Source: Escherichia coli
GTDB taxonomy: Bacteria; Pseudomonadota; Gammaproteobacteria; Enterobacterales; Enterobacteriaceae
Reading direction: 5' to 3' (one strand)
NCBI RefSeq assembly: GCF_003334765.1
Contig: NZ_QOWT01000025.1
DNA: 58,632 nucleotides
Both the position numbers and the translations under genes were made by a program. Under the pieces are notes generated by a model that was not told where the DNA came from, made no database searches, and saw only the letters and a list, made by a program, of their open reading frames with translations. Positions 22,353 through 40,171 of the stretch are shown here, one piece after another (the first letter of the stretch is position 1; the number at the start of each line of letters is the position of its first letter).

Positions 22353-25058
22353 TTATTGCAGGCGGCCATGGCACTGCTTGTATTTTTTACCAGAACCGCA
22401 CGGGCAAGGATCGTTACGTCCTACTTTGCGCTCTCCGGTTTGCGCCGCCAGTGCAGCTGCGGCTGCAGAGTCGTCATCCTGATGGCTAAGCTGCTGCATT
22501 TGCGCTAAACGCTCGGCTTCCATACGACGCTGTTGTTCCAGCTCCTCAACCTCTTCAGGCATACGTACCTGAACTTTGCTCAGCGTACTGATAACTTCAT
22601 ATTTCAACGACTCCAGCATCGCTGCAAACATGGAGAACGATTCACGTTTGTATTCCTGCTTCGGATCTTTCTGTGCGTAGCCACGCAGGTGGATACCCTG
22701 ACGCAGATAGTCCATCGCTGCCAGGTGCTCTTTCCACAGGGAGTCAAGCGTTTGCAGCATGACGCCTTTCTCGAAGTGACGCATCATCTCAGCACCAACC
22801 ACTTCTTCTTTACGCTGATACACTTCGATGGACTGCGCCAGAATGCGCTCACGCAGCGTCTCTTCATGCAGTTCTGGTTCTTTATCCAGCCACTCGGCAA
22901 TTGGCAAATCGAGGTCGAAATCGTTCTTCAGACGTTCCTGCAGCCCCGGAATATCCCACATTTCTTCCAGCGACTGTGGTGGAATGTAGGCATCAATGGT
23001 CGCTTTGAACACATCTTCACGAATGCTGTTAATGGTTTCGCTCACATCGCTGACATCCAACAGTTCGTTACGCTGGGAGTAAATGGCGCGACGCTGATCG
23101 TTAGCCACGTCATCATATTCCAGCAGTTGCTTACGAATGTCGAAGTTACGGCTTTCAACTTTACGCTGGGCGTTGGCAATCGCTTTAGTCACCCACGGGT
23201 GTTCAATGGCTTCGCCTGGCTTCATACCCAGTTTACGCATCATGCCGGATACTCGGTCGGAAGCAAAAATACGCATCAGCGCATCTTCCATCGACAGGTA
23301 GAAACGGGAAGAACCAGCATCCCCCTGACGACCAGAACGACCGCGCAACTGGTTATCGATACGACGGGATTCGTGACGCTCGGTACCGATGATATGCAGG
23401 CCACCTGCTTCCAGTACCGCATCGTGACGTACCTGCCAGTCGGCTTTAATTTTTTCAATTTGCTCTGCGGTCGGATTTTCCAGCGCGGCAACTTCTGCCT
23501 GCCAGCTACCACCGAGCACAATATCTGTACCACGACCCGCCATATTGGTCGCGATAGTCACCGCAGCCGGATAACCTGCCTGAGCAACAATCGCCGCTTC
23601 GTTGGCGTGGAATTTGGCGTTCAGGACGTTGTGCTTAATACCGGCTTTGGTCAGTTCGTTTGACACCAGCTCCGATTTTTCGATGGAGATAGTACCCACC
23701 AGCACCGGCTGGCCTTTCGCAGTACGTTCTTTGATATCTTCAATGATCGCCTGAATTTTTTCCGCTTCAGTCATGTAGACCAGGTCCGGCAGATCTTTAC
23801 GAATCATTGGACGGTTGGTCGGAACAACGACGGTATCCAGCTTGTAGATTGAGCTAAATTCGAAAGCTTCGGTATCAGCAGTACCGGTCATCCCCGCCAG
23901 TTTTTCATACAGACGGAAGTAGTTCTGGAAGGTGATCGAAGCCAGCGTTTGGTTTTCGTTCTGGATCTGCACACCTTCTTTCGCTTCCACAGCCTGGTGC
24001 AGACCATCGGACCAGCGACGGCCCTGCATGGTACGACCGGTGTGTTCGTCAACGATGATAACTTCACCATCTTTAACGATGTAGTCGACGTCACGGGTAA
24101 ACAGCGCATGAGCGCGCAGCGCCGCCGTTACGTGGTGCATCAGCATGATGTTGGCCGGAGAGTACAGAGACTCCCCTTCATCCATGATGCCCTCTTTCAC
24201 CAGCAGTTCTTCAATCAGCACCAGACCACGTTCGGTCAGGTTCACCTGGCGAGATTTTTCGTCCACCGAGAAGTGGCCTTCGCCCTGGAAGGTTTCGGAG
24301 TCTTCTTTTTCCTGACGGATCAGGTGCGGAATAATTTTATTCACGCGTTTATACATTTCCGAGCTGTCTTCTGCCGGGCCGGAAATGATCAGCGGTGTAC
24401 GCGCTTCATCGATCAGGATGGAGTCCACTTCGTCCACCAGCGCATAGTGCAGTTTACGCTGTACACGTTCTTCAGGGCTGAACGCCATGTTGTCGCGCAG
24501 GTAGTCAAAGCCGTATTCGTTGTTCGTACCGTAAGTGATGTCAGCTGCGTAAGCTTCGCGCTTTGCCGGTGCTGGCATGCCCGGCAGGTTGATACCGACA
24601 GTCAGGCCAAGGAATTCAAACAGCGGACGGTTGTTTTCGGCGTCACGTTGCGCCAGGTAGTCGTTGACGGTAACTACGTGCACGCCTTTACCGGTTAGTG
24701 CGTTCAGGTAAGCAGGCAGCGTTGCGGTCAGGGTTTTTCCTTCACCGGTACGCATTTCGGCGATGCAGCGTTCGTTAAGAACCATACCGCCGAGTAACTG
24801 AACGTCGAAGTGACGCATACCAAAGACGCGCTTACTTGCCTCACGTACCACGGCGAAAGCTTCCGGGATCAGATTTTCCAGCACTTCGCCTTTTTCCAGA
24901 CGTGCACGAAACTCTGCGGTTTTCCCTTTCAGTTCTTCGTCGGAGAGTTTTTCCATCTCCGGTTCCATGGCATTGATGATGTTGACCACTTTGCGCATCC
25001 GGCGCAGGGTGCGATCGTTACGACTACCGAAAACTTTAGTTAACAATTTGATTAGCAT
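22353..25058 (-). CDS. secA: Preprotein translocase ATPase SecA, 901 aa
   Basis: ORF track 22353..25058 ([45 protein letters not shown]..., C-terminal zinc-binding [14 protein letters not shown]). Confidence 0.97.
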
Positions 25059-25119
25059 AATAAAATCTCAAACGCCCCGCGTTGCGGAGTTAATAAAATG
25101 AAGTAAAGGTTTATTGTTG

Positions 25120-25837
<718 letters not shown>

Positions 25838-25862
25838 ATTTTATACGACAGTATAAATGTCG

Positions 25863-26801
<939 letters not shown>

Positions 26802-26880
26802 CTATCCAACCGAAGTGTACTATACATTCGGCGGGCCAGTTTAGCACAAAGAGCCTCGAAACCCAAATTCCAGTCAATTC

Positions 26881-28032
26881 TTAATCAGCTTGCTTACGCA
26901 GGAATGCTGGGATATCCAGATAATCCGGCTCTTTCGCAGTTTGCGGCGCATTGTCATTCACGACTTTAGCAACCGGCTTCTGCTCCTGGGTCAGCGGAGC
27001 CATCCCATGCTGCTGGTAGCGATCCATCACTGGCTGCTGAACCTGCTTATTGGTCACCAGAGTGATTTCAGGACGTTTGTCCATGCCGATACCTGTCGCA
27101 ACAACGGTTACGCGCAGCTCGTCATTCATATCCGGGTCAAGAGAAGTACCGATAACCACAGTCGCGTTGTCGGAAGCAAATGCACGGATGGTGTTACCTA
27201 CCGTTTCGAACTCATCCAGACGCAGGTCGAAGCCCGCCGTGATGTTAACCAGCACGCCGCGCGCGCCAGACAGGTCGATATCTTCCAGCAGCGGAGAAGA
27301 GATAGCCATTTCAGCAGCTTCTTCCGCACGGTCTTCACCGCTCGCCACGCCAGAACCCATCATTGCGTAGCCCATCTCAGACATTACGGTGCGTACGTCT
27401 GCAAAGTCCACGTTCATCAAACCCGGACGAGTAATCAGTTCAGCGATACCTTGCACAGCGCCTTTCAGTACATCGTTCGCTGCGCCAAACGCATCCAGCA
27501 GGGAGATACCGCGGCCCAGAACTTTCAGCAGTTTGTCGTTCGGGATAGTGATCAGAGAGTCCACATGCTTGGACAGTTCAGTGATCCCCTGCTCCGCGAA
27601 TGCCATACGCTTCTTGCCTTCAAAGTTGAAAGGCTTAGTGACGACAGCAACGGTCAGGATACCCAAATCTTTTGCCACTTCAGCGACGACTGGTGCTGCA
27701 CCTGTACCGGTACCACCACCCATACCCGCAGCAATAAAGACCATGTCTGCACCTTCCAGCGCCGCACGCAATGCATCGCGATCCTCATCAGCCGCATTGC
27801 GGCCAACTTCTGGATTAGCGCCAGCGCCCAGTCCTTTGGTGATACCGCTACCGATTTGAATCGTCTGTCCAACCGCTGTTTTACGCAGCGCTTGTGCATC
27901 GGTATTTACCGCGAAGAATTCAACACCTTCAATGCGCTCGCGCACCATGTGTTCAACAGCATTACCGCCGCCGCCGCCGACGCCGATGACTTTAATCACC
28001 GCGTCATTGGTAAGTTCCATTGGTTCAAACAT
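26881..28032 (-). CDS. ftsZ: Cell division GTPase FtsZ, 383 aa
   Basis: ORF track 26881..28032 ([30 protein letters not shown]..., GGGTGTG tubulin signature). Confidence 0.98.
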
Positions 28033-28092
28033 AGTTTCTCTCCGATTTGTGCCTGTCGCCTGAGGCCGTAATCATCGTCGGCCTCATAAAAA

Positions 28093-29355
28093 TTAAAACT
28101 CTTTTCGCAGCCAACTATTGAGTCGCTTGATCCACGAGCCAACTGATGCTGTAACACGTTTTTCTACTTCAGCTTCACCGTTAAGATGTGACTCTTTCCC
28201 ATAGTGAAGCAATCCCACCGCCGTCGAATAATACGGCTCCTGAGCATAATCCGTTAAACCGGTAATGTTCAGCGGCGCGCCGATACGCACTTGCGTATGA
28301 AACACGCGCTGAGCACAGGCTGCAAGACCTTCGATCTGCGCTGCGCCACCGGTTAATACAATGCCTGCCGCCAGGTGATGTTTAACCCCTTGTTGGCGAA
28401 GCTTTTCCTGCAACTGCAATATCTCTTCGTTGACCAGGTTGAGCAGCTCGGTATAGCGCGGCTCGATCACCTCTGCCAGTGTCTGACGTTGCAGACTCCG
28501 TGGCGGACGACCACCTACGCTCGGCACTTCCACGCTCTCATCTTTTCCAACGATGGAACCCAGCGCACAACCGTGGCGAACTTTAATCGCTTCGGCGTCG
28601 CTTGGCGGCGTGCCAAAGGCGTAAGCGATATCACTGGTCACGACATTGCCAGCATAAGGAATTACCTTAGTGTGGCGCAATGCCCCACCGGTATAAACGG
28701 CGATATCCATTGTACCACCACCGATATCGACGACGCAGACACCCAGTTCACGTTCATCTTCCGTCAATACCGAATAACTTGATGCCAGTCCGGCAAATAT
28801 CAGTTGGTCAACTTTCAGCCCACAACGTTCAACCGCTTTGACGATGTTTTTCGCCATATCGTTGTGACATGTGATCAGGTGCACTTTTGCCTGCATCCGC
28901 ACGCCCGAAAGTCCTACCGGATTCTTGATCCCTTCCTGATAGTCAATCGCATACTCTTGCGGGATCACATGCAGCACACGATGCTCATCGCGCACACGCA
29001 CCGATTTCGCGGTATGGACGACGTTTTCCACATCTTCTTGCGTCACTTCTTCTTCAGAAATAGGCACCATACCAATTTCATTCTGGCAGCTGATGTGCTT
29101 ACCAGAAAGCGCCAGATATACCGAAGAGATCTGACAATCTGCCATCAATTCTGCCTGGTCAATGGCGCGTTGTACGCACTTGACCACGGATTCGAGGTCG
29201 TTCACCCCGCCTTTATCCATACCACGCGACGGGCAGCTGCCCACGCCAATGATATTGACCATACCGTCGGGCAGAACTTCCCCTACTAAAGCGGCAACCT
29301 TCGCGGTACCAATCTCCAGTCCTACTACCAGTTTTCTGTCCGTCGCCTTGATCAT
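28093..29355 (-). CDS. ftsA: Cell division protein FtsA (actin-like), 420 aa
   Basis: ORF track 28093..29355 ([39 protein letters not shown]...). Confidence 0.97.
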   Translation of the reverse strand: MIKATDRKLVVGLEIGTAKVAALVGEVLPDGMVNIIGVGSCPSRGMDKGGVNDLESVVKCVQRAIDQAELMADCQISSVYLALSGKHISCQNEIGMVPISEEEVTQEDVENVVHTAKSVRVRDEHRVLHVIPQEYAIDYQEGIKNPVGLSGVRMQAKVHLITCHNDMAKNIVKAVERCGLKVDQLIFAGLASSYSVLTEDERELGVCVVDIGGGTMDIAVYTGGALRHTKVIPYAGNVVTSDIAYAFGTPPSDAEAIKVRHGCALGSIVGKDESVEVPSVGGRPPRSLQRQTLAEVIEPRYTELLNLVNEEILQLQEKLRQQGVKHHLAAGIVLTGGAAQIEGLAACAQRVFHTQVRIGAPLNITGLTDYAQEPYYSTAVGLLHYGKESHLNGEAEVEKRVTASVGSWIKRLNSWLRKEF

Positions 29356-30182
29356 TGTTGTTCTGCCTGTGCCTGATTTTGTTGCTGAGTAGATTCCTCT
29401 GGCGGCAAGGGCGCCCAGCCTACTGCCGCTCCAGAGTCATAACGCAAATCAACGTAGCTAATCCGTTTGCCATCGGTTTGCGCCTGCTGCTGTAAAACCG
29501 GATAAAGTTCTACAAAGCGAGCCAAACGTTTCATCGTATCGCCCCGGCCAAGATTGAGCTTAATATCGTTATTCAGCGTCAACTGCCAGGAACGCCGCGC
29601 GGTCATCGCCGCTTCCTTCAGAGTAAATCTGTCCTTTGCCAGCATCTGCCCCATTTCGCGATAGCCCTGCAACACTTCATTGGCGCTGCCTTCCGGGCCA
29701 TACAGCATTGGAAGCACCTGCTTGCTGGTGCGTTCTGGCGGCACGCTGAAGGTATTTCCTTCCGCGTCTACCATATGTTGATCATTCCACCGCGCAATCG
29801 GCACATATTCAACCAGATGAATCTTCAATTCATCAGGCCACTGCTTTCTGACGCTCACCTGCTTAATCCACGGCAGGCGTTGTTCTATTTGCGTCTGGAT
29901 GATGTTGACATCCTGGGTCATAAAGGTACCCGGCTCACCCAATGCCAGGATCGACTGCCGGATATCGTCATTACGTGTGTAATGGCGTTCACCGGTCAAC
30001 ACCAGCTTTGAGAGCGGCAGGCGTTGCGCATCTTCCATCCAGCCCAACACGACCCAGCCGCTCACCAACACTGTCGTTAAAACGGTCAGCAGGAAAAGGA
30101 TCCCCGCCAGACGCGTTCCATTATTGCGGCGAGAAGAAACCTCTTCTTCGCTGTTTCGCGTGTTCAGAGCAGCCTGCGACAT
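29352..30182 (-). CDS. ftsQ: Cell division protein FtsQ, 276 aa
   Basis: ORF track 29352..30182; 4-nt overlap with the ftsA start. Confidence 0.95.
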   Translation of the reverse strand: MSQAALNTRNSEEEVSSRRNNGTRLAGILFLLTVLTTVLVSGWVVLGWMEDAQRLPLSKLVLTGERHYTRNDDIRQSILALGEPGTFMTQDVNIIQTQIEQRLPWIKQVSVRKQWPDELKIHLVEYVPIARWNDQHMVDAEGNTFSVPPERTSKQVLPMLYGPEGSANEVLQGYREMGQMLAKDRFTLKEAAMTARRSWQLTLNNDIKLNLGRGDTMKRLARFVELYPVLQQQAQTDGKRISYVDLRYDSGAAVGWAPLPPEESTQQQNQAQAEQQ

Positions 30183-30183
30183 A

Positions 30184-32572
<2,389 letters not shown>

Positions 32573-32625
32573 TCTTTACGCCATTAACTTCTTAAATTCA
32601 TACGATGCAAAAGGCATCGCTACAA

Positions 32626-33693
32626 TTACGCCCGGGCAACCCGGCTCACTTCATTTGCCACTCGCTCGGTGGCATCCGGAATGGATGCAGCGCGGGCGCG
32701 TTCTGCCATGGTTAATAAGGTTTCTCGCGACCACCCGGCCAGGGTGTTGGCGACAGCATCCACGCTAAGCTGTGGCTGCTCGATAATTTTGGCTGCGCCC
32801 GCTTTTTCCAGCGGTAGCGCATTCCAGTATTGCTGGCGGTCTTTATGTTGAAACGGCACAAACAACGCCGGTAGTCCTGCCGCGGCGATTTCACTCACCG
32901 TTAACGCACCGGAGCGGCAAACGACGACATCCGCCCACGCATACGCCGCCGCCATATCATCAATAAATTCCGTCACTTTATGCTGCGGTTGCCCCGCTTC
33001 GGCATACGCCTGTTCAACGGATTGTTGCGAACCTTTGCCGCTCTGATGCCAGATAGTGACTGAATCACCCAGTTTCGCAGCAACCTGCGGCATTGTCTGG
33101 TTAAGAATGCGTGCGCCCTGAGAACCACCCACTACCAGCACACGAACCGGACCTTCACGTCCAGCCAAACGTTGCTGCGGCAACGGCAGCGCCAACACAT
33201 CGGTACGCACCGGGTTACCCACTACTTCCGCATTAGGGAAAGCACCTGGAAACGCCTGCATCACTTTGGTGGCAATCTTCGCCAGCCATTTATTGGTTAA
33301 GCCCGCAATACCGTTTTGTTCATGAAGTACAACCGGAATGCCTAACGACCACGCGGCCAGACCACCTGGACCTGACACGTAGCCTCCCATACCGAGCACC
33401 ACGTCAGGTTTGTACGCTTTCATAATCGCCCGCGCCTGACGCCAGGCGTTGAAGATACGCAGCGGGGCAGCTATCAGTGCTTTTATACCTTTTCCACGCA
33501 GACCAGAGATACGAATGAAATCAATTTCGATGCCATGTTTTGGCACTAAGTCCGCTTCCATACGGTCGGCAGTCCCCAGCCAGCGAACTTGCCAACCCTG
33601 AGCCATTAGATGGTGCGCAACCGCCAGTCCCGGGAATACATGTCCACCGGTTCCGCCTGCCATCACCATTAATCGCTTTCCTTGACCACTCAT
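32626..33693 (-). CDS. murG: Undecaprenyl-PP-MurNAc-pentapeptide GlcNAc transferase, 355 aa
   Basis: ORF track 32626..33693 ([50 protein letters not shown]...). Confidence 0.96.
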
Positions 33694-34934
33694 CGTGAAC
33701 CTCGTACAAACGCCTGCGCTTTCTCCAGACGCGTTTCATAATCAATACGCAACAGCATCATGATGGCTGTCGACATAATCAGTAAGCTCGAACCACCGTA
33801 ACTGATCAGCGGCAATGTCAGACCTTTGGTCGGTAACATCCCCGCCGCCGCGCCTACGTTAACCAGCGCCTGGAAGCTAAACCAGATGCCAATAGAACAG
33901 GCGAGAAAACCGGAAAAACGGTGGTCAATTTCTAATGCTTTACGGCCAATCGACATCGCGCGAAAAGCGACGAAGAATACCATTAAAAGTGCCAGCACCA
34001 CACCGACATACCCCAGTTCTTCGCCGATAATGGCGAAAATAAAGTCAGTGTGCGCTTCCGGCAGATACTCCAGTTTTTGTACCGAGTTACCTAAACCTTG
34101 CCCCCAAAGTTCGCCGCGACCAAACGCCATCAGCGATTGCGTTAACTGATAGCCGCTGCCAAAGGGATCTTCCCACGGGTTCCAGAATGCGGTAACACGG
34201 CGGATACGGTACGGTTCGGCGAGTATCAGCAACACAACCGCTGAAATGCCCATACCGATAATGGCAATGAACTGCCACAATTTCGCTCCCGCCAGGAACA
34301 ACATCGCCAGCGTAGTCACAAACAACACCACCACCGTACCAAGGTCTGGCTGTGCCAGCAGTAACACTGCCAACACAAGAATCACGCCCATCGGTTTCAG
34401 GAAGCCGCGCAGGTTATTACGTACTTCGTCGCCTTTACGCACCAGATAGTTGGCGATATAGCAAAACAGCGACAGTTTTGTCAGCTCCGCAGGCTGGATA
34501 CGCAGCAAACCGAGATCGATCCAACGCGATGCCCCTTTAACCGAGCTACCCACTACCAGGACGATCATCAGCAGGATGATAGATCCGAGCAGCATCGTGG
34601 CACTGTAGCGTTGCCAGAACTCCATCGGCAGACGCAGCGTAATGATCGCCAGAATAAACGCCAAAATCAGATAGACACCATCACGCTTCGCGAAGAAGAA
34701 CGGATCGTTGGTTAAGCGTTGCCCTATGGGCATTGACGCCGAGGTCACCATGATAAAGCCAATCGCCGCGAGGCCGAAGGTCAGCCACAGTAAGGTGCGA
34801 TCGTACATGATCAGGCTGTCGGTATCTTTTTCCCGCGAGCCCATCACCCAGCCCTTTAGCGCCGTGGAGATCCAGACCAGGATACTGAATCCTGGCAGGC
34901 GCGGCATTTTCAGGCGAGGGAGAGATAAACGCAT
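33690..34934 (-). CDS. ftsW: Peptidoglycan glycosyltransferase FtsW (SEDS family), 414 aa
   Basis: ORF track 33690..34937 begins MM; I take the second ATG (34932-34934), which overlaps the murD stop by 1 nt and gives the K-12-annotated 414 aa. The alternative start at 34937 is possible. Confidence 0.9.
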
Positions 34935-36250
34935 CAACCTAACTCCTTCGCCAGACGGGCAAACTCATTGCCTCGTTGTTCAAAGTTCTTGAACTGATCA
35001 AGGCTGGCACAGGCTGGGGAGAGCAGAACCATATCGCCCGGCTGAACACGCGGAGCCAGCAAGCGCATCGCCTGTTCCATAGTTTCGGTTTGTTCTGCCA
35101 CTTCCGGGCGTAGCGCCGCCAGCTGCGCGCCGTCACGACCGAAACAATACAGACGTACGTTATCGCCATTCAGGTAACGCGCCAGTGGGCTAAAGTCCGC
35201 CGATTTACCATCGCCACCCAGCAACAAATGCAGTGTGCCGTCTACGTGCAGGCCATTCAGCGCCGCTTCCGTACTGCCGACGTTGGTCGCTTTCGAATCG
35301 TTAATCCAACGTACGCCGTTATGCTCCAGCACAACTTCAAAGCGATGCGGCAGACCAGTGAATGTGGTTAACGCTTTCAGGCTGCTGGCACGCGGTAACC
35401 CTGCAGCATCTGCCAGCGCCAGCGCCGCCAGCGCATTGGTGTAGTTATGCTGCCCGGAAAGTTTCATCTCTTTCACATTCAGCACTTTCTCGCCTTTAAC
35501 CCGCAGCCAGGTTTCGCCCTGCTGATGATTCAGGTGATAGTCACCCATGTTGACGCCAAAGCTGACGCAGCGTTCATCCGCACCGCGAATCGGCATTGTT
35601 AAGGCATCATCAGCATTAACCACGCAAACTTTCGCGTTTTCGTAAATGCGCAGTTTTGCTGCACGATACTGTTGTAAACCAAACGGATAGCGATCCATAT
35701 GATCTTCAGTCACGTTCAGAATGGTCGCTGCTACCGCCTGTAAGCTGGAGGTGGTTTCCAGCTGGAAGCTCGACAGTTCCAGCACGTACAGTTCACACTC
35801 ATCATCCAGTAGCATCAACGCAGGCAGGCCAATATTGCCACCCACACCAACGTTAACCCCCGCCGCTTTCGCCATTTCACCCACTAGCGTGGTGACCGTG
35901 CTTTTGCCGTTAGAACCGGTAATCGCCACAATCGGTGCTTGTGCTTCGCGACAGAACAGCTCGATATCGCCAACGATTTCGATTCCGGCATCAGCGGCAG
36001 CGCTTAAGGATGGATGCGCCAGTGCAATACCGGGACTGGCGACAATCAGATCTGCCGCCATCAGCCATTCATCATTCAGACTGCCCGTGTGGCGTTCTAC
36101 GGCTTCGGGTAATTTATCCAGGCCAGGCGGTGTCATACGCGTATCCATAACGCGCGGCGTCACACCGCGAGCGAGGAAAAAGTCCACGCAGGAAAGCCCG
36201 GTGAGGCCCAGGCCGATAATGACGACATTTTTACCCTGATAATCAGCCAT
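34934..36250 (-). CDS. murD: UDP-N-acetylmuramoylalanine--D-glutamate ligase, 438 aa
   Basis: ORF track 34934..36250 ([38 protein letters not shown]...). Confidence 0.96.
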
Positions 36251-36252
36251 GA

Positions 36253-37335
36253 TTAACGTACCTTCAGCGTTGCCAGACCAATCAGAACCAGCATCAGCGA
36301 AATAATCCAGAAACGCACAATGACGCGCGGTTCCGGCCAGCCTTTCAGTTCATAGTGGTGATGAATCGGTGCCATGCGGAAAATACGTTGTCCGCGCAGT
36401 TTAAAGGAGCCGACCTGCAGGATGACAGAAAGCGTTTCTACCACGAACACGCCCCCCATAATCACCAGCAGGAATTCCTGACGTAGCAGTACGGCGATAA
36501 TGCCTAACGCACCACCTAACGCCAGCGAACCTACATCGCCCATAAAGACCTGCGCCGGATAGGTGTTAAACCACAGGAAGCCCAGTCCTGCCCCGACTAT
36601 CGCGGTACAGACAATAACCAGTTCCCCGGCGTGTCGCAGATACGGTATATGCAAGTAGCTGGCAAAGTTCATATTGCCGGTCGCCCACGCCACCAGCGCA
36701 AAACCACCGGCGACAAATACGGTCGGCATAATTGCCAGGCCGTCGAGACCATCGGTCAGGTTTACCGCGTTGCCAGTACCCACAATGACGAAGTAAGCCA
36801 GCAGAATGTAGAACAGCCCCAGCTGCGGCATCACATCTTTAAAGAATGGGACCACCAGCTGCGTTGCGGGCGTGTCTTTGCCGGCAAGGTACAGGGCGAA
36901 GGCGACACCCAGCGCAATGACCGACATCCAGAAATACTTCCAACGAGCGATCAACCCTTTGGTGTCTTTACGCACCACTTTGCGATAATCATCAACAAAG
37001 CCAATAACACCGTAACCTACCAGCACCACCAACACGCACCAGACGTACGGATTGGACGGGTAAGCCCACAGCAGTACGGAGATCACAATCGCCGTCAGGA
37101 TCATAATCCCGCCCATGGTCGGCGTACCGCGCTTGCTGAAGTGTGATTCAGGACCGTCGTTACGCACCACCTGACCAAAGGAAAGTTTTTGCAAATGAGC
37201 AATCATACGCGGGCCCATCCACAATGAGATGAACAGCGCGGTCAGCAGGCTGACGATGGCGCGAAACGTCAGATAGGAAAAGACGTTAAAGCCGGAATAA
37301 TATTTGACCAAATGTTCGGCCAGCCAAACTAACAT
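36253..37335 (-). CDS. mraY: Phospho-N-acetylmuramoyl-pentapeptide transferase, 360 aa
   Basis: ORF track 36253..37335 ([51 protein letters not shown]...). Confidence 0.96.
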
Positions 37336-38687
37336 GTCCCATTCTCCTGTAAAGCGCGTACTACCTCTTCCATGGCGGCACTACGTGAACCCTTAACTAA
37401 AATCGTAATTACCTGTTGCTCAGCAATCAGTAATTTAAGACGCGTAATTAACGCAGTTTTATCAGCAAAATGTTCGCCAACGCCGCTGGCGGTGCTGATA
37501 GCATGGCTTTGTTTACCCACGCTTAACACGCGGTCAATACCAGCAGCTTTTGCCGCCTCGCCCACCTGTACATGGCAGGCTTCGCTTTCAGCGCCCAGTT
37601 CCGCCATATCGCCCACCACCAGCACGCGGTAGCCCGGCATTTCAGCCAGTACCTGGACTGCTGCAGTCATTGAACCGACATTGGCGTTGTAGGAGTCGTC
37701 GAGCAGCAACTGGTTTTCTGCCAGTTGGATGGGGAACAGACGGCCTGGAACAGCTTTCAGATTTGCCAGCCCCGCTTTGATAGCATCAAGCGTTGCGCCC
37801 ACGGACATGGAGAGCGCAGCGGCTGCCAGCGCATTCGCAATATTGTGACGCCCCGGCAACGGCAGCAGAACATCGACGCTACCGGTTGGGGTTTGTAGGG
37901 TAAATTCCGTACCGTGCGAGGTCACATGGATATTGGTGGCGGTGAAATCGCTGTTGGCGGCATTGGGTGAGAAACGCCACACTTTGCGTGAGCCAATTAC
38001 GCTCTGCCAGTTCAGCCAGTCGTTGTTGTCGGCGTTCATAATGGCGATACCGTTTTCCGGCAGGCCGCTAAAGATTTCACCTTTCGCTTTCGCGACACCC
38101 GCAAGCGAGCCAAAACCTTCCAGATGCGCCGCTGCCAGGTTGTTGACCAGCGCAGCTTCCGGGCGAGTCAGACTCACAGTCCAGGCTATTTCGCCCTGAT
38201 GGTTCGCGCCAAGTTCAATAACTGCGTAATCGTATTCCGGCGTTAAGCGCAACAGCGTCATCGGTACACCGATGTCGTTGTTGAGATTGCCTGCCGTATA
38301 AAGCGTGTTGCCGCACTGGCTTAAAATCGCCGCCGTCATCTCTTTAACGGAGGTTTTGCCGGAGGACCCCGTCAGAGCAACCACGCGCGCCGGAACTTGC
38401 TGGCGAACCCATGCAGCCAGTTCACCAAACGCCAGACGCGTATCCTTGACGATTAACTGCGGCAGGTCGATGTCCAGCGGACGGCTAACCAGTAGTGCGC
38501 CTGCGCCGCCAGCTTTCGCCTGGTCGGCAAAATCGTGGGCATCAAAACGTTCGCCTTTCAGGGCAACAAACAGGCAGCCCGGCGTCAGTTTTCGGGTATC
38601 AGTGGTTACAGCATCAAGGGTGATATCTGCACCTTGCAGTTCACCGTTGAGAATGTCGGTAAGTTGGCTAAGGGTTACGCTAATCAT
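37329..38687 (-). CDS. murF: UDP-MurNAc-tripeptide--D-alanyl-D-alanine ligase, 452 aa
   Basis: ORF track 37329..38687 ([53 protein letters not shown]...). Confidence 0.96.
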
Positions 38688-40171
38688 GCAATCACCCCCA
38701 GCAGACGCGCCACCGTGACGCGATCGGAGTAGTCCAGACGCTGATTGCCAACAATCTGGTAATCTTCATGGCCTTTGCCCGCGACCAGTACCACATCATT
38801 CTCTTTAGCCTGCATAACGGCGCAAGTCACCGCTTCAGCACGGCCTTCCATCACTTTGGCATGTCCGGCATCTAACATTCCCGCCAGAATATCGTTGATG
38901 ATGGCACGCGGTTCTTCGGTACGCGGGTTATCGTCCGTCACCACCGCCACGTCAGCAAACTCTTCGGCAATTGCGCCCATCAGTGGACGCTTACCTTTAT
39001 CGCGATCGCCACCACAGCCAAAGACACACCACAGCTTGCCCGCACAGTGCAGACGCGCCGCCTGTAAGGCTTTTTCCAGTGCATCCGGCGTATGCGCGTA
39101 ATCCACCACCACCGTCGGTTTGCCTGGCGCAGTGAACACTTCCATACGTCCGCAAACCGGTTGCAGACGCGCGGCGGTTTTCAGCAGATCAGCCAGTGGA
39201 TAGCCGAGTGCCAACAGTGTCGCCAGCGCGAGCAGCAGGTTGCTGACGTTAAAAGCGCCCATCAGATGGCTTTCAATTTCGCCATCGCCCCAACTTGAGC
39301 TAAAGCGAATCGTCGCACCGCTGTCGTGATAGTTCACTTCGGTCGCTTTCAACCAGCGTCCGTGACAGTTCGGATTAATATGATCTTCCATTGATACCGC
39401 AACCGCGTCCGGCAGTTTTGCCAGCCAGCGGCGGCCCACTTCATCGTCGGCGTTAATAATCGCCTGACCGCAATGATGCTCAGAATAAAGCAGCCATTTC
39501 GCGGCTTCGTAGTGTTCCATATCACCATGATAATCAAGGTGATCGCGGCTTAAGTTGGTAAAGACCGACGCCGCAAATTTCAATGCCGCCACACGGTGCT
39601 GTACCAGCCCGTGGGAGGAAACTTCCATTGCGCAAAACGTCGCGCCCTGATCCACCAGCCCCGCCAGCTCATGCTGAACATCGACTGCCGAACCGGTTGT
39701 ATTTTCTGTCGGGATCACTTTCCCCAGCAGGCCGTTACCAACGGTGCCCATTACCGCGCTGGTTTCGCCAAGCAGTTGGCTCCACTGCGCCAACAGCTGG
39801 GTAGTCGTGGTTTTGCCGTTGGTGCCCGTTACGCCCACGAGACGTAAATTGTCAGAGGGTTCATGGTAAAAGCGGCCCGCCAGTGCAGATAAACGCTCGT
39901 TGAGCTGGCTGAGATAGATGACCGGTACGCCGTGCATTTCACGGATTTCACCATCGGTCGCCTCATCTTTCGCCTCTGCAATAATGGCAGCCACACCTTG
40001 CGCTATCGCCTGCGGGATATATCGACGCCCGTCCGCCTGATGACCTACTACAGCTACAAAGAGATCGCCCGCCGCAGCCACACGGCTGTCGAGTGTCATC
40101 TCTCGCAGTGCTCGCGAAGGTGCGTCTGGCACCCACGGAGCAAGAAGGTCGCGCAAATTACGATCTGCCAC
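38684..40171 (-). CDS. murE: UDP-MurNAc-L-Ala-D-Glu--2,6-diaminopimelate ligase, 495 aa
   Basis: ORF track 38684..40171 ([52 protein letters not shown]...). Confidence 0.96.

Noticed and set aside
22533-23663. 376-aa plus-strand ORF, and 23949..24698 (249 aa)
   Set aside because: Antisense to secA.
26890-28071. 393-aa plus-strand ORF
   Set aside because: Antisense to ftsZ; the same applies to the other long frames opposite dcw genes (for example 28804..29289, 35721..36239, 36631..37146).
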